Of a stretch of 46,327 nucleotides of DNA, positions 7,952 to 17,015 are shown one piece after another. The notes beneath the pieces were generated by a model. That model saw only the letters and a program-made list of their open reading frames with translations, had not been told where the DNA came from and ran no database searches. Position 1 is the stretch's first letter; each line of letters begins with the position of its first letter. Both the position numbers and the translations under genes were made by a program. Origin of the DNA: a virus; IMG/VR virus record IMGVR_UViG_3300020152_000031, positions 1 through 46,327 of that record, one strand, 5' to 3'.

Positions 7952-8164
7952 ATGCCTAACGTAGACGTATCTCTGGAGGTCCAGGACTACCAGAACATCA
8001 TCGCGCTCATCAACCGCGCTTCCATCAAGGGCGCAGAATCCCAGGGCGTCGCCATCCTTATTGGCAAGCTCTCGTATCTTCGCGACCAAGCACTCGCACA
8101 GCCAGCTCAGACCGAGCCCGCACCCACAAATGAACCGAGCACTGAAGAAGAGCCAGCAGGCTAA
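7952..8164 (+). CDS. hypothetical protein
   Basis: 70-aa ORF with protein-like composition. Confidence 0.45.
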   Translation: MPNVDVSLEVQDYQNIIALINRASIKGAESQGVAILIGKLSYLRDQALAQPAQTEPAPTNEPSTEEEPAG

Positions 8165-8262
8165 GCATCGCCGCCGCCTGGGCCTCAAGCGCATGCAGCC
8201 CACCCGGCAGGAGACTAAGCTCTACATGGCGTACAAAATGGGCACTCTCTCGCTTTCCTAGC

Positions 8263-8472
8263 ATGGGACTGCTTCACTCTCCACGATTCAAACTGGGCGT
8301 TGCATGGGTCCTCTTCGTGGGCTCTCTCATTGGCTGGCCGTTGTCTATCTGGCTTACCGAGGAACCGCCGTTCATTCTGAGCCTTTCGTGGCTTGCCCTC
8401 ACCCTCACCTCGTGGGACATCATCATGACGACCGCCCTGCATGCTAAGAAGCCTAAGAAGCGTTCAAAGTAG
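8263..8472 (+). CDS. small membrane protein with 2 predicted TM segments
   Basis: 69-aa ORF containing VAWVLFVGSLIGWPLSIWL and FILSLSWLALTLTSWDIIM. Confidence 0.5.
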   Translation: MGLLHSPRFKLGVAWVLFVGSLIGWPLSIWLTEEPPFILSLSWLALTLTSWDIIMTTALHAKKPKKRSK

Positions 8473-8473
8473 T

Positions 8474-8593
8474 ATGCAGTACCTCATTGGCCTACTCATC
8501 GCCCTCACTACAGCCCTTATCGTGCTACTTGGATACGTGAGTTACGACATCCATACACTCACTGAGCAACAGAAGGCATTTGAGAACCAGTAA
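8474..8593 (+). CDS. small membrane protein, 39 aa, below the ORF-track cutoff
   Basis: Hand translation gives MQYLIGLLIALTTALIVLLGYVSYDIHTLTEQQKAFENQ. It starts 1 nt after the preceding stop. Confidence 0.4.
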   Translation: MQYLIGLLIALTTALIVLLGYVSYDIHTLTEQQKAFENQ

Positions 8594-8616
8594 GCACGTG
8601 GCATAATCACTTCACT

Positions 8617-9102
8617 ATGGCAGTAACTGGACGACCAACAAGCTACACAGACGAGATAGCAGAAGAGCTATGTTTCCGTCTCTCTCAAGGGGAGAGTGTT
8701 CGTCGTATTTGTCGTGACGAGCACATGCCGGTGCAGTCGACGGTGTACAGGTGGATATTGTCGAGTAATCCTATCTACTCTGAGTTTCAGAAGAAGTACG
8801 CGCGCGCGAGGGAAGCACAGGCAGAAGCGCTCTTTGACGAGATTCTCGATATTGCAGACGATGCTTCTAACGACTACGTAGAGACTGATGACGAGGACGG
8901 AGGTGTGCGCGTCAACCATGACCACATCCAGCGTTCCCGTCTTCGTGTGGACAGCCGCAAGTGGTATCTCTCCAAGGTCCTTCCTAAGAAGTTCGGAGAG
9001 AAGCTCGACCTCACCTCAGGAGGGGACAAGCTCCATAGCGCCTCGACGATTCTTTTCGATGAACCTGCGACTGAACAAGACACAACTGAAGAAGGCGCTT
9101 AG
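8617..9102 (+). CDS. terS: terminase small subunit
   Basis: GRPTSYTDEIAEELCFRLSQGESVRRICRDEHMPVQSTVYRWI...YARAREAQAEALFDEILDIADD...RSRLRVDSRKWYLSKVLPKKFGEK is the widespread HTH-type TerS pattern. It lies directly upstream of TerL. Confidence 0.8.
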   Translation: MAVTGRPTSYTDEIAEELCFRLSQGESVRRICRDEHMPVQSTVYRWILSSNPIYSEFQKKYARAREAQAEALFDEILDIADDASNDYVETDDEDGGVRVNHDHIQRSRLRVDSRKWYLSKVLPKKFGEKLDLTSGGDKLHSASTILFDEPATEQDTTEEGA

Positions 9103-9164
9103 TGAGGCTAAGAAGAATCCGCCGTTTGCGGTGCATCGTACGCATCGTCTAGCGAAGCAAGCAC

Positions 9165-10703
9165 ATGCAGCTCGACCTCACCACCCTCACACCCGAACAG
9201 AAAGCGACACTGCGTAAGCCGGGCTGGCAGATACGTCGCTGCGCGTACATCGTCAACAAGGCCGGAGAGCTCGTGCGCTTCAAGCCTAATCGTGCACAGG
9301 AGATATTCGATGCAGACCCGCACCCGCGTAAGATAGTGCTCAAGTCCCGTCAGCTTGGCTTCACTACATACGGCGTCATCGTGCAGTTCATCCGTACGTT
9401 GCTTACCAAGCACTACCGTGCGCTCTTCGTGGCTCACTTGAAAGGGGAAGCGGAGAACATCCTCAACAACAAGCTCACCGTTCTCTGGGACAACTACCCG
9501 CTCAAGCAGCTCTATAAGCTCGTCTCAAAGAACCGGGGAGAGTTCCGCGTCAACTTCGGAGATGATTCAGAGAGTTTTATACGCGTGGCCTCGTCAGGCC
9601 GCTCTGGTACGTACGACGACGTGCACATCACGGAGCTCTCGAAGATGGAGAAGGAGGAGCGCTCAAAGGCTATCGAGCTCGTGCGCGGTACCATCCCAGC
9701 CGTCCCCTTCACTGGACGCATCACCATCGAGAGTACGGCAGAGGACGACTGGGGCTTGTTCTATGAAATGTTCTGGGAAGCGTGGGACCGTAAGGAGGAC
9801 CCGCTACCTACGCAGTTCAAGGCGTTCTTCTTCAACTGGACCTATGACGACGAGGAAATCGAGAAGTACCCGGTCATCAGTCTTGCCGGACGCGACCAGG
9901 CGCAGTGGTTCCTTGAGCGTCAACAGCGCTTTGGATGGAGTGACCGAGAGGTCAGCTACTACTACCAGGTGTGGCTACAGCTCAACCGTGACTTTGAGGC
10001 GCTACTCCAGCAGTACCCGACCACGCCAGAGGAGGCGTTCAGGTCATCCGGTACTAAGTTCTTCAGCCCTCAGTTCCTTGACCTTCAGTTTAGGCGTGAC
10101 CCTATTGTCGCTGGAGACTGGAAGTTCTACTCAAAGCGTGACGCCTCGCACGTGTATGTCATGGGCGTGGACCCATCAGGAGGCGTAGGGAAGGACAACG
10201 CCGTCATCATCGTGCTTGACCTTACGACCGGGGAGCTTGCAGCGGAGTTCGTATCAAAGTACACGAGCCCGCGTGACCTTGCCTTTGAGGCAGTCACCAA
10301 GGCAAAGCTCTATAACAACTGCTTGCTTGGCGTTGAGAGCAACAACCACGGCCTCGCGACCCTGTACGAGTGTCAGAACCTCAAGTACGGCAACCTCTAC
10401 ATGGATACGACGTACGACCGACAGACGAACGAGGAGAAGAAGGTGCTGGGCTTCCGTACAGACGCGCGCACGAAGCCGCTCGTACTCCACGCGCTCAAGG
10501 ATGCACTCAACACGTTTGCACTGCGTATCCCTTCCTCGACCGTATTGCGTGAGTTGCGCTCGTACCAGCGCGAGCAGCTCGATACCTTGCAGCTTGACGA
10601 GGAGCTCGGACACTTCGACCGCGTCATGGCGCTTGCTATTGCGTGGCATATGCGCCTCAGTGCCCCTTCTACGGGCAAAATCACAGCATCGCAGTATGCG
10701 TAG
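9165..10703 (+). CDS. terL: terminase large subunit
   Basis: 512 aa with a Walker-A-like VLKSRQLGFTT, and MGVDPSGGVGKDNAVIIVLD in the C-terminal RNaseH-like nuclease half. Confidence 0.85.
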   Translation: MQLDLTTLTPEQKATLRKPGWQIRRCAYIVNKAGELVRFKPNRAQEIFDADPHPRKIVLKSRQLGFTTYGVIVQFIRTLLTKHYRALFVAHLKGEAENILNNKLTVLWDNYPLKQLYKLVSKNRGEFRVNFGDDSESFIRVASSGRSGTYDDVHITELSKMEKEERSKAIELVRGTIPAVPFTGRITIESTAEDDWGLFYEMFWEAWDRKEDPLPTQFKAFFFNWTYDDEEIEKYPVISLAGRDQAQWFLERQQRFGWSDREVSYYYQVWLQLNRDFEALLQQYPTTPEEAFRSSGTKFFSPQFLDLQFRRDPIVAGDWKFYSKRDASHVYVMGVDPSGGVGKDNAVIIVLDLTTGELAAEFVSKYTSPRDLAFEAVTKAKLYNNCLLGVESNNHGLATLYECQNLKYGNLYMDTTYDRQTNEEKKVLGFRTDARTKPLVLHALKDALNTFALRIPSSTVLRELRSYQREQLDTLQLDEELGHFDRVMALAIAWHMRLSAPSTGKITASQYA

Positions 10704-10721
10704 TACACTTTCTGTATAACT

Positions 10722-12893
10722 ATGGCTAAAACGAAGGCCGCAGCCCCAAAAAAGCGCAGGGAAGGGAGTACTGCAAAGCGTGAGCTCACGATGCAGGACT
10801 ACTGGGACAGTCTCTCGAAGGAAGAGAAGGACTTTCAAATCGCTCTCTGTTCGCGTCTCCAGCAGATGCGTGATAACCGCGAGCGCGCGGTAAAGGAGTT
10901 CGATAACCTCACCTACTCGCAGCGCTACGAGATAAACAAGCAGGCAGACCTTGGCTACAACTCGCTTGTGGGAGACATCGACGAGCGCGACAAGGGCTTC
11001 AACATGCGCACCGGCGTTACGCGCCAGAAGGATACGAGCATCCTCTCGCACATCATGTCCTTTGAGTTTGAGGCGTCTATCGAGGCGTTCGACAAGCAGA
11101 ACCGCATCGTCGTGGAGCTCGGAGAGAACACGGCAGACCTTGTGAAGCGCTCTCGTGAAATCGAGCAGTGGAAAGACAAGGAGGTCAGCATCATCCGCGA
11201 GCTCATCGCGCAGGGTAACGTCTTCGTCGAGGAGGAGTACGTGCAGAAGTTCATGTTCGAGAAAGACAGCAAGAACGATGAAGGCAAGGAGTGGACCCCG
11301 GGACAGAAGATTACAGCCTTCAAGAAGGATGAAATGCCCCTCATCCGCGTACAGGAGGACTGTGAAGCGAACCTCATCCTCGGAAAGTACGTCTACCTCG
11401 CCTCTCTCACGCAGGAGGACATCCAGAAGCAGCCTATCGTCGCAACGTACCGCGAAATCTCAGGCGGTGAGTTCTCCCGTGTGTACGGTACCTGGGACCG
11501 TGCAGAGTACGTGCTCTCGACCATTCGCAAGGGTACGCGCTACCAGGACCAAATCAGCCAGGTCTTCAACGTAGGAGACACCAACACCGCGTCCTCATAC
11601 GGCGCGTGGGGCTCTCAGTACTTCTGGAACGTGGTCAACCCAGGGAAGAACGTGGGTATCGTGAAGATATACGAGCCGTTCTCTAACCGTCACATGGTCA
11701 TCGCTAACGGCGTGATGCTTCTTCCTATCGACTTCCCGCTCACCAAGGTCTCTCCCTCGGGCCTTATTCCGCTTGCTAAGGGAGACGCAGAGAAGATTCA
11801 GGGCTTTGCATACTCAAAGGGTATCCCGAGCAACACGTTCGTGGACGAGAAAATGTACGACTTCGTGTATCAGGCCATGGCGAAGAAGCTCATGCAGAGC
11901 GCAGAGCCTACCATCGCCAACAACACGGGCCGCGAGCTCCCGCGCAACTGGGCAAAGCCTGGCATGGCGTACCGTGGACTGCGTAAGAGCATGATAGAGC
12001 CGCTCCTACCAGACGAGGCGCGCATGATAGGCAACTCGGACGTCTCGTACTTCGAGATAGTGAAGGAAATCATCAACGACAAGTCAGTGGATGACACCTT
12101 CAGCGGTGGAGACATCAACGAGGAGACCGCTACCGTCTACCTTGAGCGCCAGAAGAACACCATCGGTAAGCTCTTCCAGGTCATCGACGGGTACAAGAGC
12201 CTTCAGCGCCAGCTTGTGCGCCTACGCATCGCCAACATCTACGCAAACTGGACGCGTCATGAGAACGCCATCATCACCAAGATGGTAGAGGAGGTCGTAG
12301 ACGGCATCCCTAAGTTCTCAGAGAAGCGTGACGTCGAGAAGCGGTACCGTCAGGAGACCATCCGCACCAAAATCTCTAACGAGAACCAGGAGGGACTGAA
12401 GATTATCCGCTTCCATGACGTGGACGCGTCAAGCCTTCCTGCTCTTGGTAAGCATGTGGAGGAGGAGGACGACCTTACCGACCTCTTCGGCGTGCCTGTG
12501 CGTATCGCGTACCTGCATGCGCCTTCCCTCTCACGCCTCTTTGACTGGTCGTATCGCATCGAAATCATCCCACGCGACACCAACAGCTCAACCGCAGAGA
12601 TGCTCGCGTACCTTGACGCTAAGCAGCGTGTGGCAAACCTCTTTGGTCCAGAGGTACTCAACCCGGATTACACTCTTCAGCGTGTGTCTGAGTTCATGAA
12701 GGAGGACCCGACCAAGGCGTACAACATCGGAGAGCAGGCAGAGAAGGACGCTATGATGGAGCAGATGGCCGCAGCAGCCGCTGCAGGAGGCGCACCAGCA
12801 GGCCCAGAGGGTACGAACCCTAAGCAGATTCAGAGCCCTATCAGCCAGGCAGCAAACGCCATGCGCCCGGACCTCACTAACACGATGCAGTAG
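10722..12893 (+). CDS. portal protein (putative)
   Basis: 723-aa ORF immediately after TerL. The call rests on size and position only. Confidence 0.65.
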   Translation: MAKTKAAAPKKRREGSTAKRELTMQDYWDSLSKEEKDFQIALCSRLQQMRDNRERAVKEFDNLTYSQRYEINKQADLGYNSLVGDIDERDKGFNMRTGVTRQKDTSILSHIMSFEFEASIEAFDKQNRIVVELGENTADLVKRSREIEQWKDKEVSIIRELIAQGNVFVEEEYVQKFMFEKDSKNDEGKEWTPGQKITAFKKDEMPLIRVQEDCEANLILGKYVYLASLTQEDIQKQPIVATYREISGGEFSRVYGTWDRAEYVLSTIRKGTRYQDQISQVFNVGDTNTASSYGAWGSQYFWNVVNPGKNVGIVKIYEPFSNRHMVIANGVMLLPIDFPLTKVSPSGLIPLAKGDAEKIQGFAYSKGIPSNTFVDEKMYDFVYQAMAKKLMQSAEPTIANNTGRELPRNWAKPGMAYRGLRKSMIEPLLPDEARMIGNSDVSYFEIVKEIINDKSVDDTFSGGDINEETATVYLERQKNTIGKLFQVIDGYKSLQRQLVRLRIANIYANWTRHENAIITKMVEEVVDGIPKFSEKRDVEKRYRQETIRTKISNENQEGLKIIRFHDVDASSLPALGKHVEEEDDLTDLFGVPVRIAYLHAPSLSRLFDWSYRIEIIPRDTNSSTAEMLAYLDAKQRVANLFGPEVLNPDYTLQRVSEFMKEDPTKAYNIGEQAEKDAMMEQMAAAAAAGGAPAGPEGTNPKQIQSPISQAANAMRPDLTNTMQ

Positions 12894-12895
12894 CT

Positions 12896-13174
12896 ATGGA
12901 ACACGCATACAAGCCAAAACTCCTCAAACTTGACCAGAACCAGCAGGACATGGTCGACAAGTACGCCCTCGTGACCGATACGGAGACGGGTAACTTGCTC
13001 GTGGACCACTTGCGCACGCAGCTCATCAACGATGCACTCTTCGGAGCAGAGGGTATGGAGCCGGTAGAGATAACCGACGAGCGCTTCCGAGGCTTGCTTG
13101 ATGGTTTGCAGATATTCTGGAACTACGTACACGAGCGTGCGGAGCTCATGCGCAACGCAAACCTACAACCATAG
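12896..13174 (+). CDS. hypothetical protein
   Basis: 92-aa ORF that starts 2 nt after the portal stop. Its TAG stop abuts the box at 13175. Confidence 0.55.
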   Translation: MEHAYKPKLLKLDQNQQDMVDKYALVTDTETGNLLVDHLRTQLINDALFGAEGMEPVEITDERFRGLLDGLQIFWNYVHERAELMRNANLQP

Positions 13175-13230
13175 TTATCCACAGTACTGTGGGTATTGTG
13201 TGGTTGACAGTTAGCCCATAGAATGGGGAC
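13175..13230 (+). promoter_or_regulatory. Box TTATCCACA (13175-13183), N12, TTGTGT (13196-13201), N17, TAGAAT (13219-13224), N6, ATG. This is a leaderless promoter for 13231.
   Basis: Counted directly from the sequence. Confidence 0.55.
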
Positions 13231-13998
13231 ATGACACCTCTCATGCTCGTTGCATGGATTCAAGGCTACCTCGAGAGTTACGAGGGGGTAGCGGTATCAC
13301 CAGAAACAGTTGGATACATACGGCCTATCACAGAGCAGGTGATGCGAGCGGCAGGACACATGAGGCAAGAGATACGTACGAGCACAGACTTGGCGTATCG
13401 AGAGACCATTTCTGAGGAAGCATACCTACGTACTCGTCAACAGGGACTAGAGTTTGGCCGTGCAGGGCTAGAACAGCAGGCCCTTCATCGTAGGGGAGCT
13501 TCAGCTACGACGCACATGAACGAGATACAGCACGAGCAGGTCGTTACCGGCCTTCCAGAGCGCGTATTCGAGGATATACAGCGCGGTATTCCCGTACCTG
13601 GACCAGTGATGCGTGCCGCAGAGCGCATGCTAGACGACCGTATGCGAGAACTTCAGCGCCGTGCACCTCGTATGACGACAGATGAAATGGAGGACATCAT
13701 AGACGAGATGCTCGAGGATGGCGCTGGTATGGAGAACTCAACCATCACAACGTCAGACGGAGCACCTTTACTCTCAACAGCACACACAGTTATCCGCAAC
13801 TTCCCAGGGTTCGCGCCTGGTGAAGTAGTGGTGGCGGACTACGGCCGTGGTGTCCTTGTGGGCGTCGACATGGCAGCAGACACAGTAGACCGTGAGCAGA
13901 GCGTTGGCCTTGAAGCATTTGAAGACCAGCGCCCTGCTCGTGGTAGCCGTCCGCTACCTACGGGACCGGGTAACCGGCAGGACCTGTCAGCATACTAA
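13231..13998 (+). CDS. hypothetical head-morphogenesis-region protein
   Basis: 255-aa ORF lying between the portal and the scaffold-like genes. Confidence 0.55.
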   Translation: MTPLMLVAWIQGYLESYEGVAVSPETVGYIRPITEQVMRAAGHMRQEIRTSTDLAYRETISEEAYLRTRQQGLEFGRAGLEQQALHRRGASATTHMNEIQHEQVVTGLPERVFEDIQRGIPVPGPVMRAAERMLDDRMRELQRRAPRMTTDEMEDIIDEMLEDGAGMENSTITTSDGAPLLSTAHTVIRNFPGFAPGEVVVADYGRGVLVGVDMAADTVDREQSVGLEAFEDQRPARGSRPLPTGPGNRQDLSAY

Positions 13999-14010
13999 TA
14001 ACCACTTTCT

Positions 14011-14508
14011 ATGACCCTAGACGAAGCACTCGCAGAAATCGAGAGCTTGAAGGCCAAGAACTCCGAGCTCTCTAACAACCTCACCAACCAGCGCAAGGCG
14101 CATGAGGCAGAGAAGGAGCAGCTCGCGACCAAGGCCGCAGAGCTCGAGAAGACCATCGCAGACCGCGATGCAGCGGCAGCCGCAGAGCTTACCAAGTACA
14201 CAGAGGACCGCATCAAGGCAATTGCTAAGGGAGACGAGCAAATTGCGGAGAAAATCAAGTCCGAGTACGGCATCCTCAACATGCCGGAAGGCTCTCGTGA
14301 GGAAATCGACGCGCGTGCACTCAAGGCGTACCAGTCTGCTACCCTTACGAGCGTCAACCCGCTTGCTCAACAGGTAGATACCCTCGCACCATCAAACGAT
14401 GGAGGCTCACAGGGTGAGGACGGTAAGCTCACGAGCGCCGGTGCGGACGTTTACCAGCGTATGTTCCCTAACTCCAAGGCAGTGACCGAGGGGCAGGCAA
14501 CCGAATAA
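14011..14508 (+). CDS. scaffolding-like coiled-coil protein
   Basis: 165 aa, helical and charged (LDEALAEIESLKAKNSELSNNL...KEQLATKAAELEKTIADRD), upstream of the capsid genes. Confidence 0.5.
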   Translation: MTLDEALAEIESLKAKNSELSNNLTNQRKAHEAEKEQLATKAAELEKTIADRDAAAAAELTKYTEDRIKAIAKGDEQIAEKIKSEYGILNMPEGSREEIDARALKAYQSATLTSVNPLAQQVDTLAPSNDGGSQGEDGKLTSAGADVYQRMFPNSKAVTEGQATE

Positions 14509-14518
14509 CATTTGATTC

Positions 14519-15355
14519 ATGGCTAACAACAGCAAGAAGACCAGCAACGCGACTAAGAACGCAGCCGTAGAGGCAGCACAGGACGCAGAGGCGCAGGTCT
14601 TTGGTGACGGTGCAGCACAGGCCCTTCCGGTAACGGAGGTTTCAAGTGCAGACGAGCAGACACAGGTGCAGGAGGTCACGGACCAGGAAGCGATGCAGGA
14701 TACGCCGGTCATTCCAGACGCCCAGGCAGAGGCAAGCGTCTTTGGTGGAGGTGTCCCAGACATCCAGCGTGAGACACAGCAGGAGCAGACCGTCGCTGTG
14801 CCGCTCTCGGTTATCGAGAACATGCAGCGCCAAATTGCAGAGCTCCAGGCGTCTAACGGCGACCAGGTCATCGACCCGCTCAACCTTGGCGACCGCAAGA
14901 AGCTCATCAACGCAACCTTCTACAGCACGGATGATGGTACCCAGTACCTCGTTACCGGCATGAAGGAGCGCGTCTTCCCGAACGGTACGAAGGCACGCGT
15001 CTACCAGGACGGCGTTGACCCGGATACCAAGAAGCCTGTGTACAAGGCGCTTATTGAGGTTGCAAACGTAGAGACCGGCGAAATCAAGGTCCTCGAGGTC
15101 ATCTACGAGAACTTCATCAAGCTCTCAACCCCTGTGCAGACTGAGGCAGTGAAGACCAACGAGAAGAACGTCGATATGACGCCTTCAGATGAGACGGTCG
15201 AGGTATCTACCTACACTGAGGTTGGCGGCTACGTAAAGCGTCAGGGCTCTGGTGTGCGCGTGCGTGCGTCTGTCATCGGCAAGATTCAGACCTTCAACGT
15301 GCAGTTCAATGGCCGTACGTTCGAGCTCTCAAGCGACGTAGTGAACATCAAGTAG
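14519..15355 (+). CDS. hypothetical virion-morphogenesis protein, a second scaffold candidate
   Basis: 278 aa with an A/Q/E-rich N-terminal half. Confidence 0.5.
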   Translation: MANNSKKTSNATKNAAVEAAQDAEAQVFGDGAAQALPVTEVSSADEQTQVQEVTDQEAMQDTPVIPDAQAEASVFGGGVPDIQRETQQEQTVAVPLSVIENMQRQIAELQASNGDQVIDPLNLGDRKKLINATFYSTDDGTQYLVTGMKERVFPNGTKARVYQDGVDPDTKKPVYKALIEVANVETGEIKVLEVIYENFIKLSTPVQTEAVKTNEKNVDMTPSDETVEVSTYTEVGGYVKRQGSGVRVRASVIGKIQTFNVQFNGRTFELSSDVVNIK

Positions 15356-15356
15356 T

Positions 15357-15512
15357 ATGTCCGTCCTCTCCAGTTCCCAGCGTCAGGAGCGTATCTTGAT
15401 GGCTTACCACACGTTCTTCAGCGTCCTTGCGTTCGCTCTCAAAGTGTCCGCAGTCGTCGTCGGTCTTATTATCGTTGCCCCTATCCTAACTACCCTCATT
15501 CATGGAAGCTAA
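15357..15512 (+). CDS. small membrane protein, 51 aa, below the ORF-track cutoff
   Basis: Hand translation gives MSVLSSSQRQERILMAYHTFFSVLAFALKVSAVVVGLIIVAPILTTLIHGS. It starts 1 nt after the previous stop. Confidence 0.35.
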   Translation: MSVLSSSQRQERILMAYHTFFSVLAFALKVSAVVVGLIIVAPILTTLIHGS

Positions 15513-15936
15513 ACTTACCCCCGAGCAGGCAGAAGAAATCCAGCAGGCCCGCGACCTACGCCAGACCCGCCTCATGCGCGAGTTTTGCCGCCAGGTAGCA
15601 GCGCTCCCGGACGACTTCGTCATGGGCTCTGGTCTTACCGAGGAATCCCTCAAAGGAGCCTTCGAGCCTATCGCTAACAACCTCTACCAGTACATGAAGG
15701 ACGAGGGGATGATGGTTGGCGACATCGAGTACGTGAAGAAGCACATGGAGGTTGCCTTCGGCTTCACGCTCTCCCGTGTCGCTAACTTCTCCGGTGCCCT
15801 TATCTCAAACGCCATGCTCCAGAAGTTCGGCGTATCCGACGTGGTCATGCAGATGCCTATGGCGGAACTTGAGAAGCACGGCCTTGTGGTCGTTGACCCT
15901 AAGGACCTCGAGGAAACAGAAGAGCCAGCTTCATAA
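15502..15936 (+). CDS. hypothetical protein
   Basis: 144-aa ORF. Confidence 0.55.
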   Translation: MEAKLTPEQAEEIQQARDLRQTRLMREFCRQVAALPDDFVMGSGLTEESLKGAFEPIANNLYQYMKDEGMMVGDIEYVKKHMEVAFGFTLSRVANFSGALISNAMLQKFGVSDVVMQMPMAELEKHGLVVVDPKDLEETEEPAS

Positions 15937-15991
15937 GCTCTACAGCCTCCACGTTCCACAATGGAACTCTACCCGTAACGTACGTACGCTT

Positions 15992-16123
15992 ATGGCAGAG
16001 GACCGAAAGGGGAACATGGATATGCGCGACCCAGACTTCAAGCCGACCGATACCGAGAAGACCGGTACCGACCAGCTCCCGGAGGAAGAGCAGCGCACTG
16101 TCCGCGAAGGCGGCAACCGATAA
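15992..16123 (+). CDS. possible small acidic protein, 43 aa
   Basis: An internal ATG of the listed ORF 15752..16123 (MAEDRKGNMDMRDPDFKPTDTEK...). It is followed by the terminator at 16130. Confidence 0.3.
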   Translation: MAEDRKGNMDMRDPDFKPTDTEKTGTDQLPEEEQRTVREGGNR

Positions 16124-16129
16124 GGAAGA

Positions 16130-16160
16130 GGCCCCCACCCATGGGGCCTTTTTCCTTTTT
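16130..16160 (+). terminator. intrinsic terminator
   Basis: GGCCCC (16130-16135), a 7-nt loop, GGGGCC (16143-16148), then tttttccttttt. Confidence 0.75.
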
Positions 16161-16546
16161 CACACAAAATCACACGAAAAAAATATGGTGCTACGCTTAT
16201 AGGTAACGTAAGTGGATTCGTTACCACACTGGTTGTGACTTCAATGTAGCGCATGGGAGAGTACCTTCGATTGAGGCGAGAACGAACCATGAGCGTGCCC
16301 ACTTCTCACGAGGTCGGCAGTTTGTGGGGGTCGGAGACTGGGAATGTGAAGCCCTCGGGCGGAAACTGAACCTTTCTCCCTTTCAGACCAATATCCCCGG
16401 AAAATCACGTGCGCTACATCGAGGCCACAACCTCATTCCCCGGCGGTTGGGTTATACCGCGCCTTCGCGTCCGAAAGGACACACGACAGCCCTTCGTTAT
16501 GGGCGCAAGGACACAAGCCTGGAAGCAGGGTGTGTCCCTTTTATTT
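16161..16546 (+). ncRNA. structured non-coding leader or ncRNA candidate, ending in an alternative-hairpin intrinsic terminator (16509-16546)
   Basis: About 400 nt with no credible ORF. There is a GGTAACG/CGTTACC hairpin at 16202-16225 and an 8-bp long-range complement between 16246-16253 (GTAGCGCA) and 16410-16417 (TGCGCTAC). GGACACA occurs twice (16477, 16509), and either copy can pair with TGTGTCC (16531-16537), which is followed by cttttattt. Confidence 0.4.
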
Positions 16547-16564
16547 ACCTAGTACTTCATTCCT

Positions 16565-16981
16565 ATGGCTGTATATCGCAAGGATGACAAGCACCGTATT
16601 CGCTCGACCGCCAAGAAGGCGTCTACAGCAATTGCGGTCGGTGAGATTCTTACGGTCGACACGAACGGCTTTGCCCTTCCGGCAGTCGCAGCGTCAACCA
16701 ACCTCATCGGCGTGTCCGCTCAGCGTGTGGGCACCGATAGCTCGGATTACGCATCTGCAACGCCTATCGCGTTCGATGCTCCGCGCGCAGGTGACCGGTT
16801 CGTCATGTCTGTGACTGGAGGTACTCCGGCTCAGACCAACGTGGGCGAGTTCTTCGACCTTTCCAACTCAACTACGGTTGATATGGCAGCGTCGACCCTC
16901 GACCATGTAAAGCTCGTTGAGCTCCGTGACAGCACTTCTGCGGTCTTCGAGTTCAACCCAACGGTCGTGTTCTCCGCGTAG
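16565..16981 (+). CDS. head decoration-like protein (DUF2190-like pattern)
   Basis: 138 aa immediately upstream of the capsid gene. AIAVGEILTVDTNGFALPA...NLIGVSAQRV...GDRFVMSVTG resembles DUF2190-type decoration proteins. Confidence 0.5.
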   Translation: MAVYRKDDKHRIRSTAKKASTAIAVGEILTVDTNGFALPAVAASTNLIGVSAQRVGTDSSDYASATPIAFDAPRAGDRFVMSVTGGTPAQTNVGEFFDLSNSTTVDMAASTLDHVKLVELRDSTSAVFEFNPTVVFSA

Positions 16982-17015
16982 TTCTTTTATTTATTAGACA
17001 CTCTGTAACCTTACT

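Noticed and set aside
10254-11051. Long antisense or alternate-frame ORFs inside large genes. Examples are 10254..11051(-), 25384..26226(-), 32473..33291(-), 33263..33835(-), 29577..30350(+) and 9562..10188(+).
   Set aside because: They overlap far better supported genes (TerL, portal, fibre, virion proteins). They are Arg/Ser/Leu-rich with low-complexity composition, which is typical of non-coding frames in GC-rich DNA. They also lack the start contexts seen at real genes.
15940-16587. ORFs 15940..16302(-) and 16324..16587(+) in the 440-nt gap before the capsid genes.
   Set aside because: They span a clear intrinsic terminator or hairpin-dense sequence, use non-ATG starts and lack neighbour coupling. 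The interval is better explained as structured RNA.
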